DNA of 64,000 nucleotides from Candidatus Anstonellaceae archaeon. Its GTDB lineage: Archaea; Micrarchaeota; Micrarchaeia; Anstonellales; Anstonellaceae. The position numbers and the translations under genes are program-made. Shown piece by piece: positions 17,408-25,784 of the stretch. The notes under the pieces are model-generated. The model had not been told where the DNA came from and ran no database searches. It was given only the letters and a program-made list of their open reading frames with translations. The stretch is from assembly GCA_038891035.1 (NCBI GenBank), contig JAWAEW010000004.1:4728-68727 (forward strand), written 5' to 3'. Each line of letters begins with the position of its first letter. Positions within the stretch are counted from its first letter, which is position 1.

Positions 17408-20400
17408 ATTATCCTACTCAGGCCAGGTATATCAATATCTCCCCCTAAGGTGGAGGATAATACCCTTACAAACGAAATTATCATAACAATAGAAAATAGT
17501 GGAAGAACAACCGCAGGAATCATCAAAACTCCAATATTTCTTACATCAACTGCCCCTGTTGCAGAGCCAGGCAATGAAAGCAGCAATTCATCTACACTTG
17601 CTGCCTCAGATGTAAGATCTTCTTGGCTACACACTTCAGCGCAATCAGTGCGCAAGGGTGGTTCATAAAGGCAATCATACGGGCAATCAAAGCATCCGTC
17701 ACAGATACGGGCTGGGACAGGCGACAAAGCACAACTTTGTTGCTGAGACGAACAGCTCACATAATTGCAATAGATTTCAGGCATAGGGTCTTGGTTGAGT
17801 CTCCTGCAGAGTACTGGGCAATCAAAATAAGGTAAAGAAGTTGGAATATAGCTTCTGCATTCTTGTGGTCCCCCTGACCTTTTGAGTGGAATGTCTACTC
17901 TACATTCGTTAGGGCAAGCGGCAAGGCTGCAGTCAACTTGTAAAGTCTTTATCTCCATATCCTTTATCCGCCAATTTTCTGGACACTGTTTGCATGAATC
18001 TATTTCGTTAAACGGATACTCTCGCTGTCCTATAGGTATGCGAACACTGCCTTTGTTTAACCATTCGCATTCTGTTCCTCTTGAGCGGCAATCTTCTTCT
18101 GAAGAAGCACCACCACACTCCCCGCTTGAGAAGTAATTTGATGTGTTATAACAACCCCACTCACCAATTAAGTCACGGTTTCCTAAATATTCACTACATA
18201 CTAATCCAGTTGCAGGGGGGATCTTTACTTTGCAAGAATCAGAGCAATTTTCAGATGCGCATCCCAAACTGCTGCACCATAAAGCAAGCAATCCACTCCT
18301 AGAATACCCATATTTGTCAGTTCCCTCAAATTTTATCCGGCATTCAATAGGACATTTGCGGCACTGCCCCATTTCTCCAGAGGCAAAGTCATAATCTTGA
18401 CATTCTGGATTGGTTTGGCTATTCGGAACTTGGATCACTCGTTTGCATGCATCACTGCAAGAAGAACAGTCTATAGTTTCTCCGTTTCTTTCAGCATAAA
18501 AGTTTGAGTTAAAAGCTGGCGGCCCAAAGTAATCAATATCCCCAGAAGAATTTTTATGTAAAAGCAGAATTCTTACTTCCTCTGGGCAATTCCTACAATA
18601 TTCTGCTTGTCTATCAAACATATTTGATATCCTGCAGGTGGGTGGAAACTTCTGAGGTCTGCATTGGTTTTGGCATGCAGACGCGGAGCAGTTAACTCCT
18701 TCGGCTGCGCATTCCACTGGAATCCCGCCTTCACGCTCAACTGCAGAATATTCGGTTATGAACGAATAATCGTTGAATCTGCACATTTCAGGACAATCTG
18801 TGCAATTTGTAGATATGTAATTTTTCTGAGGATAAGGATAGCATGCGGGAGTTTCATCAAAAAGAGGATTTGAAGGAATTTGGATTCTGCATTCCATTGG
18901 GCATTTGCTGCAGGCTTCTCTTATTTGCTGATTGTTGCTGCAATAATTTTGCATGAAGTTTTGAATGTCGTATTTATCAAGCTGGCTGCTCCAGTTTACT
19001 CTGCATGGTTTTGGGCAGGACCCGCATACAGATGGGCTTTCACAATCAAAGGTTTCGCCTATCTTGCTTACATAAGAGCATTCCAGCGGACATCTGTTGC
19101 ATGCATCGTTTGGAGCCTCTTTACAAAGTTTTTCATCTTTTCTTACAAGCTCCACACTACCGTCAGGATTCACTTTTTTAAGAAGACACCAATTTGGGCA
19201 GTCTTTGCATACAGTGCAATCTACTGTCAACTTTGCAGCTACTGCATTCCCATCAGATTTGACATAGCATTTGTTTTCAAATGGAATGCTGGCTTTGCAT
19301 CCTTCCTGACAAAGGCTGGTCGGGCATTTTGAAGCACAATCGGTTCTAATTCTCATTACTTTACATCCAGGATTGCACTGGGCACAAGCTACAGGGTCGC
19401 ATTTTGGCTTATTTCTTGGAAATGGAACCTCTCTGCATTCTTGGGGGCAACCGCTACAATCATTCTGAATACCATCCAACTCTTCACAAGCAACCAAGCC
19501 AGGAAATTCAGCTTTTCCATCTCCATTTATGTCCCCTGTCGCCCAATTGGTTGCATTTATGCCTGCACGCTTCAAATCTTCTTTCGTTTTGAAGAGTATC
19601 AGCCCTCCAGTTGTATTGTTTATATAAAATGCAACAGGTGGAGAAAGTTTGCACTCAGCAGGGCAATTTTCAGAGTCCTGCCCAACGCGCTCACCGTACA
19701 CACTGATTTGGAGAGTGTACCAAGCAAACGCATATGTTAAAGGATAAACTACGAATATCGAGATTCCTATCGCAAGCAATAGCCCACCTAATCTTCTTGA
19801 AAAGAAAAAGGTGCGAAGCAATATCCCTAAAAGTAGAAGTATCGGGGCAAGCGCAAAGGCAACCACATCTATAAAGTAGCGCTGTGCGTATATGCTTGCA
19901 AGCATCCTGGTTGCGTTCTCAAAAATTATTCCTGCCCTTTCTGCTTCAATTGACCGACCTGCATTTGGCCGGATAATCACGCCGGCATAAGCCATTAGGG
20001 CTATATTTGCAACTGTATTTACACCAAGGTTGGCAGCTTTTTGTTCTTTTATGCTTTTTTTCAGCGCATCCTGAGCATAGGTTGAACCTATCTTGTAAAT
20101 GCTGTCAAGATAAGTTTTGGCAGCAGTGATATAGCAAGGTTCTGCGCCACTACAAACTATAGGAAGATTGCTTGAAGCCACAACTGCACTTGAAATCTGG
20201 TCAAGGAAAATTATCACTCCGATTATGCTCAAAACTAATATTGCTGAAACAAATGCCTGTCCAAGTTCAATATCCACAAATGCCTTTATTTCATTTAAAT
20301 TGAATGCATAGCCAACCATCGCAGCAATCGCAATTAGAAGGATTGCAATCATCACTCCTGTCAACGCAGAAACCTTCCAATCTGAAAACCATCCAGCCTG

Positions 20401-20715
20401 ATATATCCCGCTTGTTTGCCCAATAGCACTTCCTTTTGTCCTGTTCCCTTCTTCAAGGGCAGTTATCATCTTGGTGATATTCTTCTGAGGTAGATAAGGC
20501 ACAGATGGCTGATATACATATTCCCATTCAGAAGGGAAAAGCTCACAAATAAGTGATGGTGGCTGGGTACATTTTCCTGAAGCCAAATCGCATATTAGAG
20601 GCGAAACGCAATCTGAATTCTGGTTGCATGGCTGTGCATATGAACTTGCAGCAGAAATTGCCGGCAAAACCAAAATGAAAATCAACAATTGCTTCATCAT
20701 ATCACTACACTGCAA
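17404..20715 (-). CDS. paralog 3 (1103 aa): polytopic membrane core with a ~680-aa CxxCPxxC-repeat insertion before the last TM
   Basis: Family motifs are AMVGYAFNLNEIKAFVDIELGQ, LAPILLLLGILLRTFFFSRRLGGLLLAIGISIFVVYP, and the tail TLGGDIDIPGLSRII. The Cys-rich insertion spans aa 351-1029. An alternative start, MMKQLL at 20700, would give a cleaner signal peptide. Confidence 0.85.
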   Translation of the reverse strand: MQCSDMMKQLLIFILVLPAISAASSYAQPCNQNSDCVSPLICDLASGKCTQPPSLICELFPSEWEYVYQPSVPYLPQKNITKMITALEEGNRTKGSAIGQTSGIYQAGWFSDWKVSALTGVMIAILLIAIAAMVGYAFNLNEIKAFVDIELGQAFVSAILVLSIIGVIIFLDQISSAVVASSNLPIVCSGAEPCYITAAKTYLDSIYKIGSTYAQDALKKSIKEQKAANLGVNTVANIALMAYAGVIIRPNAGRSIEAERAGIIFENATRMLASIYAQRYFIDVVAFALAPILLLLGILLRTFFFSRRLGGLLLAIGISIFVVYPLTYAFAWYTLQISVYGERVGQDSENCPAECKLSPPVAFYINNTTGGLILFKTKEDLKRAGINATNWATGDINGDGKAEFPGLVACEELDGIQNDCSGCPQECREVPFPRNKPKCDPVACAQCNPGCKVMRIRTDCASKCPTSLCQEGCKASIPFENKCYVKSDGNAVAAKLTVDCTVCKDCPNWCLLKKVNPDGSVELVRKDEKLCKEAPNDACNRCPLECSYVSKIGETFDCESPSVCGSCPKPCRVNWSSQLDKYDIQNFMQNYCSNNQQIREACSKCPMECRIQIPSNPLFDETPACYPYPQKNYISTNCTDCPEMCRFNDYSFITEYSAVEREGGIPVECAAEGVNCSASACQNQCRPQKFPPTCRISNMFDRQAEYCRNCPEEVRILLLHKNSSGDIDYFGPPAFNSNFYAERNGETIDCSSCSDACKRVIQVPNSQTNPECQDYDFASGEMGQCRKCPIECRIKFEGTDKYGYSRSGLLALWCSSLGCASENCSDSCKVKIPPATGLVCSEYLGNRDLIGEWGCYNTSNYFSSGECGGASSEEDCRSRGTECEWLNKGSVRIPIGQREYPFNEIDSCKQCPENWRIKDMEIKTLQVDCSLAACPNECRVDIPLKRSGGPQECRSYIPTSLPYFDCPVLCRRLNQDPMPEIYCNYVSCSSQQQSCALSPVPARICDGCFDCPYDCLYEPPLRTDCAEVCSQEDLTSEAASVDELLLSLPGSATGAVDVRNIGVLMIPAVVLPLFSIVMIISFVRVLSSTLGGDIDIPGLSRII

Positions 20716-21628
20716 TTGTCCTTAAAGCTTTAGAGATAGCATTCACACATGTTATCAGCACCACCAACACAAGATTTGGGATGAAAATTGCCTGCGGTAA
20801 AGTGGAGGAGAGCCGATAAAGAAGACTATCTTTGCCAGTTCCATCTCCAAAAGCTTGTCTGTCTTCAAACGAATGTCCTGCAATCTGATATGGATTTTGC
20901 ATGATTTTCGCATATGTATACGCGCTTAAAGCATAAACCGAAGGAACAATTATGTATAGCCCGAAAAAAAGCGCAATCAAAATATTGCCATATTCGCGAG
21001 TCATTGGAAATATCCTCATGACAAACGCAAATGGCAAAAGCACAGCAGCACCTACAAACTCCACCATTGAAAGGAGATATTTTTGTGCATTTAGGCTTGC
21101 GATTATCGGAATATAAAGATCTATTAGAAATTCTTTATGTGATGAAATTGCTCTCCACGCGGCCATATGCGCCATTCCATAACCTTGATAAGGAGTAAAT
21201 CCTACGAAAAGATAAGCAGTTGCATCAAGCTGATTGCCATAGCTGGAATAGACTAGCTCTCGCACTATCGCAAGCCCATTATTTACAAGCAAAGAATTTA
21301 TGTACGCATATGAAGCTTCGAATGGGCTTTTGCCGATGTATTCCACTGCCAAGCGGCAAGACCCTGTGAAAAATGCAAGCAAGCCGACAAGCAGTATAAC
21401 GGTAACTAGCAAATTCTGCGATTCATCCTTTGCATATGTTTCAGCCTTTATATTGTGCGCAAGCTTGCCATACATGTAAGCAATGCTTATCACAAGAGAT
21501 GCAAGCGCAAGTGCATAACCTATGAATGGGAGAGCATCAGGATGGAAATTGCTTATCTCACATACATCTGCATAATCGGCTGCAGCAACAGCAGGCACAA
21601 GCAATGCTACAATAAAAACAACATTCAT
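20705..21628 (-). CDS. paralog 2 (307 aa) of the polytopic membrane family (most divergent, tail motif degenerate)
   Basis: Has YMYGKLAHNIKAETYAKDESQ and LLPFAFVMRIFPMTREYGNILIALFFGLYIIVP. The C-terminus AISKALRTIAV lacks the LGGD motif. Confidence 0.8.
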   Translation of the reverse strand: MNVVFIVALLVPAVAAADYADVCEISNFHPDALPFIGYALALASLVISIAYMYGKLAHNIKAETYAKDESQNLLVTVILLVGLLAFFTGSCRLAVEYIGKSPFEASYAYINSLLVNNGLAIVRELVYSSYGNQLDATAYLFVGFTPYQGYGMAHMAAWRAISSHKEFLIDLYIPIIASLNAQKYLLSMVEFVGAAVLLPFAFVMRIFPMTREYGNILIALFFGLYIIVPSVYALSAYTYAKIMQNPYQIAGHSFEDRQAFGDGTGKDSLLYRLSSTLPQAIFIPNLVLVVLITCVNAISKALRTIAV

Positions 21629-21630
21629 TT

Positions 21631-22911
21631 TTACACCAATTTGCTTAAGCCATAAAGCTGCGGCTCTCCTCCAAAATAAATTATGAAATTCCTTGCTGCA
21701 ACCACCCCTATTATTATGGGAAGCAAGGAGAAAACTAAAGCAAGCACTCCATAAATGCTTGTTGCTGGAAGAGCATACTCTGTTACGTTGGCTATGGCTG
21801 CATCAATATCAACATAACTATAAAGTGAAAGAAAGGGATACATCATCATGCTAAAGCCTGCCTTTGCAATAGCAAATACATTCCTTACATCGGCCCAGCA
21901 TTGAGTTAGTGGATAACCTGTAGTCACCTGAAGCACAGGGCATATCAACAAAGCCCATCCGTTTTCCCCACTTAGAATAACCCCTCCAAATCCCCCAACC
22001 AAGCTTCCGATCGACCCACCAACACTGGAAGATATAGCAGACACCACAACTCCAAGAGGGCTTTGGATGAAGGATTGCATTACAGGGTCACATACAAAAT
22101 TTGTAAGTGGTGGATTTCTAATGTCTGGCAACACATTAATCCCTTCTATGTATTGTACAATCTGCGGGGAAAAAGTGGCATAGATTTCATGAGAAATTGC
22201 AAACGAGGCAGGATAAATCACAGAAGCCGCAATTGAAGCCCCTAAAATAGTCCCACCTATCTTTCTTGTGAGTGAAAAGCACCGCAAAAAGATACCCACG
22301 GGCAAAAAGATTGCGGCAGTATTGACAAAGAAGATTACAAATGATTTTTGCGCAGACAAAAACAAGAGATAGTTTGCAATTCCATCCATTGCAAAGCCTA
22401 ATTCTGCAATCAATGGTGCAAATCCTGCACCAGGGGTCTGAGTAAAGCTTGTGCTTACTAAATGGAGATTCAACCCGGCAGTATAAGTATATGAAGCATA
22501 TCTTGCGACATTGAAATAAGCTGTCGCAAGCTTAAGATAAAGGGCCCTTCCATCCTCTCTTATTTTTGCAATGGCATCCAAGGCGTACTGCCCTGCACCC
22601 ATCTGTTTGCCTGAAAGAAAACTTGCCGCAGCATCCGCACTTGCAATCATTCCAACACAAAATACTGCAATCAGAACTCCTGCGAAAAGTTCCTGAAGCT
22701 CTACTTTGGTCCATGCTTCAAGCAGCCTAAGCTCAAAAAAAGAACCTACCATATATGTGATCCCAATAAACGAAGCCGCAATAAGCACTGAAAGTCCAGT
22801 CCAATAGTAAACCTCTGCCTGCCACCCAGAAGCGCTTGCAAAATTTGCCAATATAAGCAAAGAAGCCGCAATTTTTGCCAAACTAGGCAGCAGCCTTTGC
22901 ATATTCGTCAT
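21631..22911 (-). CDS. paralog 1 (426 aa) of the polytopic membrane family; first gene of the operon
   Basis: Has YMVGSFFELRLLEAWTKVELQ, FLPVGIFLRCFSLTRKIGGTILGASIAASVIYP, and the tail YFGGEPQLYGLSKLV. The alternative ATG at 22902 (MQRLLPS..) lies about 28 nt from the TATA-like box and may be a leaderless start. Confidence 0.8.
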   Translation of the reverse strand: MTNMQRLLPSLAKIAASLLILANFASASGWQAEVYYWTGLSVLIAASFIGITYMVGSFFELRLLEAWTKVELQELFAGVLIAVFCVGMIASADAAASFLSGKQMGAGQYALDAIAKIREDGRALYLKLATAYFNVARYASYTYTAGLNLHLVSTSFTQTPGAGFAPLIAELGFAMDGIANYLLFLSAQKSFVIFFVNTAAIFLPVGIFLRCFSLTRKIGGTILGASIAASVIYPASFAISHEIYATFSPQIVQYIEGINVLPDIRNPPLTNFVCDPVMQSFIQSPLGVVVSAISSSVGGSIGSLVGGFGGVILSGENGWALLICPVLQVTTGYPLTQCWADVRNVFAIAKAGFSMMMYPFLSLYSYVDIDAAIANVTEYALPATSIYGVLALVFSLLPIIIGVVAARNFIIYFGGEPQLYGLSKLV

Positions 22912-22914
22912 TCT

Positions 22915-22970
22915 TCTTTTATTTTTATAAAGAGGTATGCTCTCAAATGCCTGTTATTTTAAAATTAGGC
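22915..22970. promoter_or_regulatory. divergent promoter region with two A/T-rich TATA-like boxes
   Basis: ttatttttataaag (22919-22932) and ttattttaaaatt (about 22955-22967) lie between the envelope operon (-) and map (+). Confidence 0.4.
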
Positions 22971-22992
22971 TGCCATCTTTAGTTGTGGTTTT

Positions 22993-23904
22993 ATGGATGA
23001 CGAAGAAAAGGCAAAAATGATTCAAAATTTTGAGAAGGCAGGCAGAATTGCAAGCAAAATAGCCTCAGAGGTTCACAAGATAGTTGTTCCTGGTGAATCA
23101 TATTTTGACATCGCAGAATCGCTTGAAAAGATGATAGAAGATGCAGGAGGAAAGCCAGCATTTCCAGTCAATATCTCGGTGAATGATATAGCGGCCCATT
23201 TTACACCAGAGGCAGACAGCCAAGCTCTTATCGGAGAAAAAGATGTGGTCAAAATAGATATAGGTGTCCATATTGATGGATGTATAGGAGATACAGCAGT
23301 CACTGTCGACTTGTCAGGTGAATGGGGGAAGCTTTTGGAGGCTTCACAGGCGGCATTGGAGGTAGCAATTGCTTCAATCAAGCCAGGAGTGCCTATTGGC
23401 AAAATTGGAGCAGAAATAGAAAAGGAAATTAATGCTAGGGGATTTAGGCCAATTGAGAACCTCACAGGTCACAAAATTCTTCCCTACATGCTTCACGCAG
23501 GAGTTGAAATCCCAAATATTGCAAGCTCAGCTTCTTACGAGTTTAAAGAAGGGGATATTTTCGCAGTTGAGCCTTTTTCCTCAAGCGGCTCTGGAAGGGT
23601 CTCAGACACTACACAAGTCGAGATTTTTTCCTTGCAGGCAACCACCAAACTTCGCATGCGCTACAGCAGAGAATTGCTAGACCATATTGCAAGAAATTAT
23701 TTCTCACTTCCTTTTGCAGAAAGATGGCTTCGTGGCGTGTTTAATTCAAAAATGGCCCTTTCAGCTGCTTTGCGCGAGCTTCTCAACTCTGGCGCACTTT
23801 ATCCATACCCAGTCCTTCGCGATACTGGAAGGGGTATAGTTTCTCAGCATGAGCATACAATAGTAGTTGAGCATGACTCTGCAAGAATAGTCACTACGCA
23901 TTAG
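22993..23904 (+). CDS. map: methionine aminopeptidase, type 2 (archaeal)
   Basis: Pita-bread fold signatures are present: ..FPVNISVNDIAAHFTP..VKIDIGVHIDGCIGDTA..LTGHKI..AVEPF..QHEHTIVV. Confidence 0.9.
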   Translation: MDDEEKAKMIQNFEKAGRIASKIASEVHKIVVPGESYFDIAESLEKMIEDAGGKPAFPVNISVNDIAAHFTPEADSQALIGEKDVVKIDIGVHIDGCIGDTAVTVDLSGEWGKLLEASQAALEVAIASIKPGVPIGKIGAEIEKEINARGFRPIENLTGHKILPYMLHAGVEIPNIASSASYEFKEGDIFAVEPFSSSGSGRVSDTTQVEIFSLQATTKLRMRYSRELLDHIARNYFSLPFAERWLRGVFNSKMALSAALRELLNSGALYPYPVLRDTGRGIVSQHEHTIVVEHDSARIVTTH

Positions 23905-23915
23905 GACGGTGCCTT

Positions 23916-24680
23916 ATGAAGGCAAAGCTAGGCCAGCACTTTGTCGCAAATGAAGAGGTGCTTGAGCTTGAGGCCCGACTTGCACAAGTGAGCGGAAAGT
24001 CTGTGCTTGAGATCGGGGCAGGAGATGGAAGGCTGACGCAAAAGCTTCTTTCCTTTGGGGCAAAAGAAATCACCGCAGTGGAACTGGACTCTAAATTATG
24101 CAGCATTCTTAAAAGAAAATTTGGCAGAGCGGTAGATGTAGTCCAAGCAGATTTCCTTTCTTTTAAGCCAGGTCATTTCGATCGGATTGTAGGCAACATC
24201 CCTTACTATATCACATCACCAATCATTGTAAAGCTTGCAGAATACGATTTTGAGCTTGCTTTGCTGTGCATCCAAAAAGAGGTAGCTTTGAGGATGGTGG
24301 CCACTCCAGGTTCGCGAAACTATGGCAGGCTTTCAGTTTTCTGTCAGCTTGCATTCAATCCCAATGTATTGTGCGAAATAAGCAAACATGCATTTTATCC
24401 AGTCCCAAAAGTGGATTCTTGCATAGTTACCCTTACTAAAACAGGATTTGTCCCAAGCAAGGATTTGCAAAATAAAATAGCCGCAATTTTTTCACATAAG
24501 AAAAAGTTGCTCAAGAATGCAGTAATTGATGGGCGCGAAGCTCTATTTGGAGAGAAGGAAAAAAAGAAAGCCCAACAAATAGCACAAAACCTTAAATACG
24601 CAAAGCGAAAAGTGTTCACGTTATCTACAAATGAAGTGTTGGAAACTTTAGAAGAACTGAGGTGCGCTAATGAACGTTGA
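23916..24680 (+). CDS. rsmA: 16S rRNA dimethyladenosine transferase (KsgA/Dim1)
   Basis: GQHFV..VLEIGAGDGRLT..VELD..IVGNIPYYITSPI is the classic KsgA SAM-binding and catalytic motif set. Confidence 0.9.
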   Translation: MKAKLGQHFVANEEVLELEARLAQVSGKSVLEIGAGDGRLTQKLLSFGAKEITAVELDSKLCSILKRKFGRAVDVVQADFLSFKPGHFDRIVGNIPYYITSPIIVKLAEYDFELALLCIQKEVALRMVATPGSRNYGRLSVFCQLAFNPNVLCEISKHAFYPVPKVDSCIVTLTKTGFVPSKDLQNKIAAIFSHKKKLLKNAVIDGREALFGEKEKKKAQQIAQNLKYAKRKVFTLSTNEVLETLEELRCANER

Positions 24681-24996
24681 GCCCAATGCGAATATAAACA
24701 GGATTCTTCTTGCAATTGCAGCTCAAACATTTCTGATTTGTGCTTCATTGCTGCTTTTTTTTGTCTATATCAAAATGCCGATTGTTTCTGCAAGCGCTGC
24801 AAGCTTAGTAGTTTTAGTTACAGGCTCGATACTTTGCTGGAAAAGCCTGCTTGCATCAAAGCTTATTCTTCTTTTGTCTTTACTTGGTATCGAGGCAGTC
24901 GCACTCTCTTTTGAGCCTGAGCTTTTCTTGCCTTCAATTGGGCTGAATATAATTGCAGCGGTCCTTCTTTTTGTTCCGCGGCACTGGTGGGAATAA
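24670..24996 (+). CDS. small hydrophobic protein (108 aa, about 3 TM), uncertain
   Basis: The translation is plausibly membrane-embedded. Its last 134 nt overlap the convergent ORF 24863-25618. Confidence 0.35.
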   Translation: MNVEPNANINRILLAIAAQTFLICASLLLFFVYIKMPIVSASAASLVVLVTGSILCWKSLLASKLILLLSLLGIEAVALSFEPELFLPSIGLNIIAAVLLFVPRHWWE

Positions 24997-25618
24997 GCTG
25001 AGAAAGAAGAAACAATTTTTTCCCTTCCTGCTGTGCCTCAAGAGATGCAGGCAATAGGTGGCAGTTTTTTGGAAATTCATAGCTGTATTTCCAAACTGCG
25101 CCTGCTTTCAAAAAAGGAATCTCTACTAAAATTGATGACTTTGCGTGCATGCACACAGGGTCAACTATTTTTATTTTATCCAAACTTTTTCCGGCAACCA
25201 CCACAAGCTGCACTTTTCCACCCTCAATTTCTTTGTAAAATTTGGTCTCTGCAAGAAAAGACCTTGAAATGTAGAATGCAGCAGCAGCCATGATAGCAAC
25301 AAAAAGCAAGGAAAATCCAAATGCTACAAGGCCCAACTGCTCATTGGCAGTCTGAAGCTCAACTTTTGCATCAGGCAATTCAATCTTTGCTTCATGCATC
25401 AGGCCTCCACACTCAAATACGTAATCTCCTCCAATTTTTGGGTAAAAGCTCCCTTCGCCATACTGGTCCAGCTCAACAAAATGCAGCCCATCTGGGCCTG
25501 CAACTGAAACCTTGGATTGACCAGGGCAAAATATGCTTACCTTGCCTTCTTTAACCTGGCCTACTTGAAAGGAAAAAGTCAAGCACGCAACCATGAGTGC
25601 AATCAAGAGGTGCTTCAT
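24863..25618 (-). CDS. hypothetical secreted/membrane protein (251 aa)
   Basis: Signal peptide MKHLLIALMVACLTFSF and a central TM LGLVAFGFSLLFVAIMAAAAFYI. No recognisable domain. Confidence 0.55.
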   Translation of the reverse strand: MKHLLIALMVACLTFSFQVGQVKEGKVSIFCPGQSKVSVAGPDGLHFVELDQYGEGSFYPKIGGDYVFECGGLMHEAKIELPDAKVELQTANEQLGLVAFGFSLLFVAIMAAAAFYISRSFLAETKFYKEIEGGKVQLVVVAGKSLDKIKIVDPVCMHAKSSILVEIPFLKAGAVWKYSYEFPKNCHLLPASLEAQQEGKKLFLLSQLIPTSAAEQKEGPLQLYSAQLKARKAQAQKRVRLPRYQVKTKEE

Positions 25619-25622
25619 AATG

Positions 25623-25754
25623 CGGGCCCGACGGGAGTTTCAGCCAAACCTTTGGCTTTTGAACCCGCAGCCTTCTGGTGGCACCTGCCACACCCAGCCC
25701 ATTTGCCGGGCGCATTCGAAGCCAGACGCGCTATCCAGGTTGCGCCACAGGCCC
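25623..25754 (-). tRNA. tRNA-Arg (anticodon UCG) with two putative introns (36 nt at 37/38 and 21 nt in the T-loop)
   Basis: Minus-strand sense is GGGCCUG-UG-GCGC-AACCUGGAUA-GCGC-G-UCUGG-CUUCGA[36 nt]A-CCAGA-AGGCU-GCGGG-UUCAAA[21 nt]U-CCCGU-CGGGCCC-G. The acceptor pairs at 7/7 positions including one G-U. On the + strand the introns lie at about 25680-25715 and 25637-25657. A TATA-like box sits at 25777-25786. Confidence 0.8.
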
Positions 25755-25784
25755 AGAAGTTTTTTGTGCATCAATTCTTATATT

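Noticed and set aside
17629-19665. Reading the CxxCPxxC repeats as ferredoxin-type Fe-S or radical-SAM motifs.
   Set aside because: The spacing (C-x2-C-x3-C) matches neither CxxCxxCxxxCP nor CxxxCxxC. The inferred topology places the domain outside the cell, where disulfides are more likely. The question remains testable.
13153-22911. Interpreting the six tandem polytopic paralogs as VirB6/TrbL-like type IV secretion channel subunits, by analogy with the tandem VirB6 expansions of Rickettsiales.
   Set aside because: This is an analogy of gene organisation only. I cannot match any VirB6/TrbL motif, and no VirB4, VirD4 or HerA-type ATPase or other T4SS/Ced component is present in the window.
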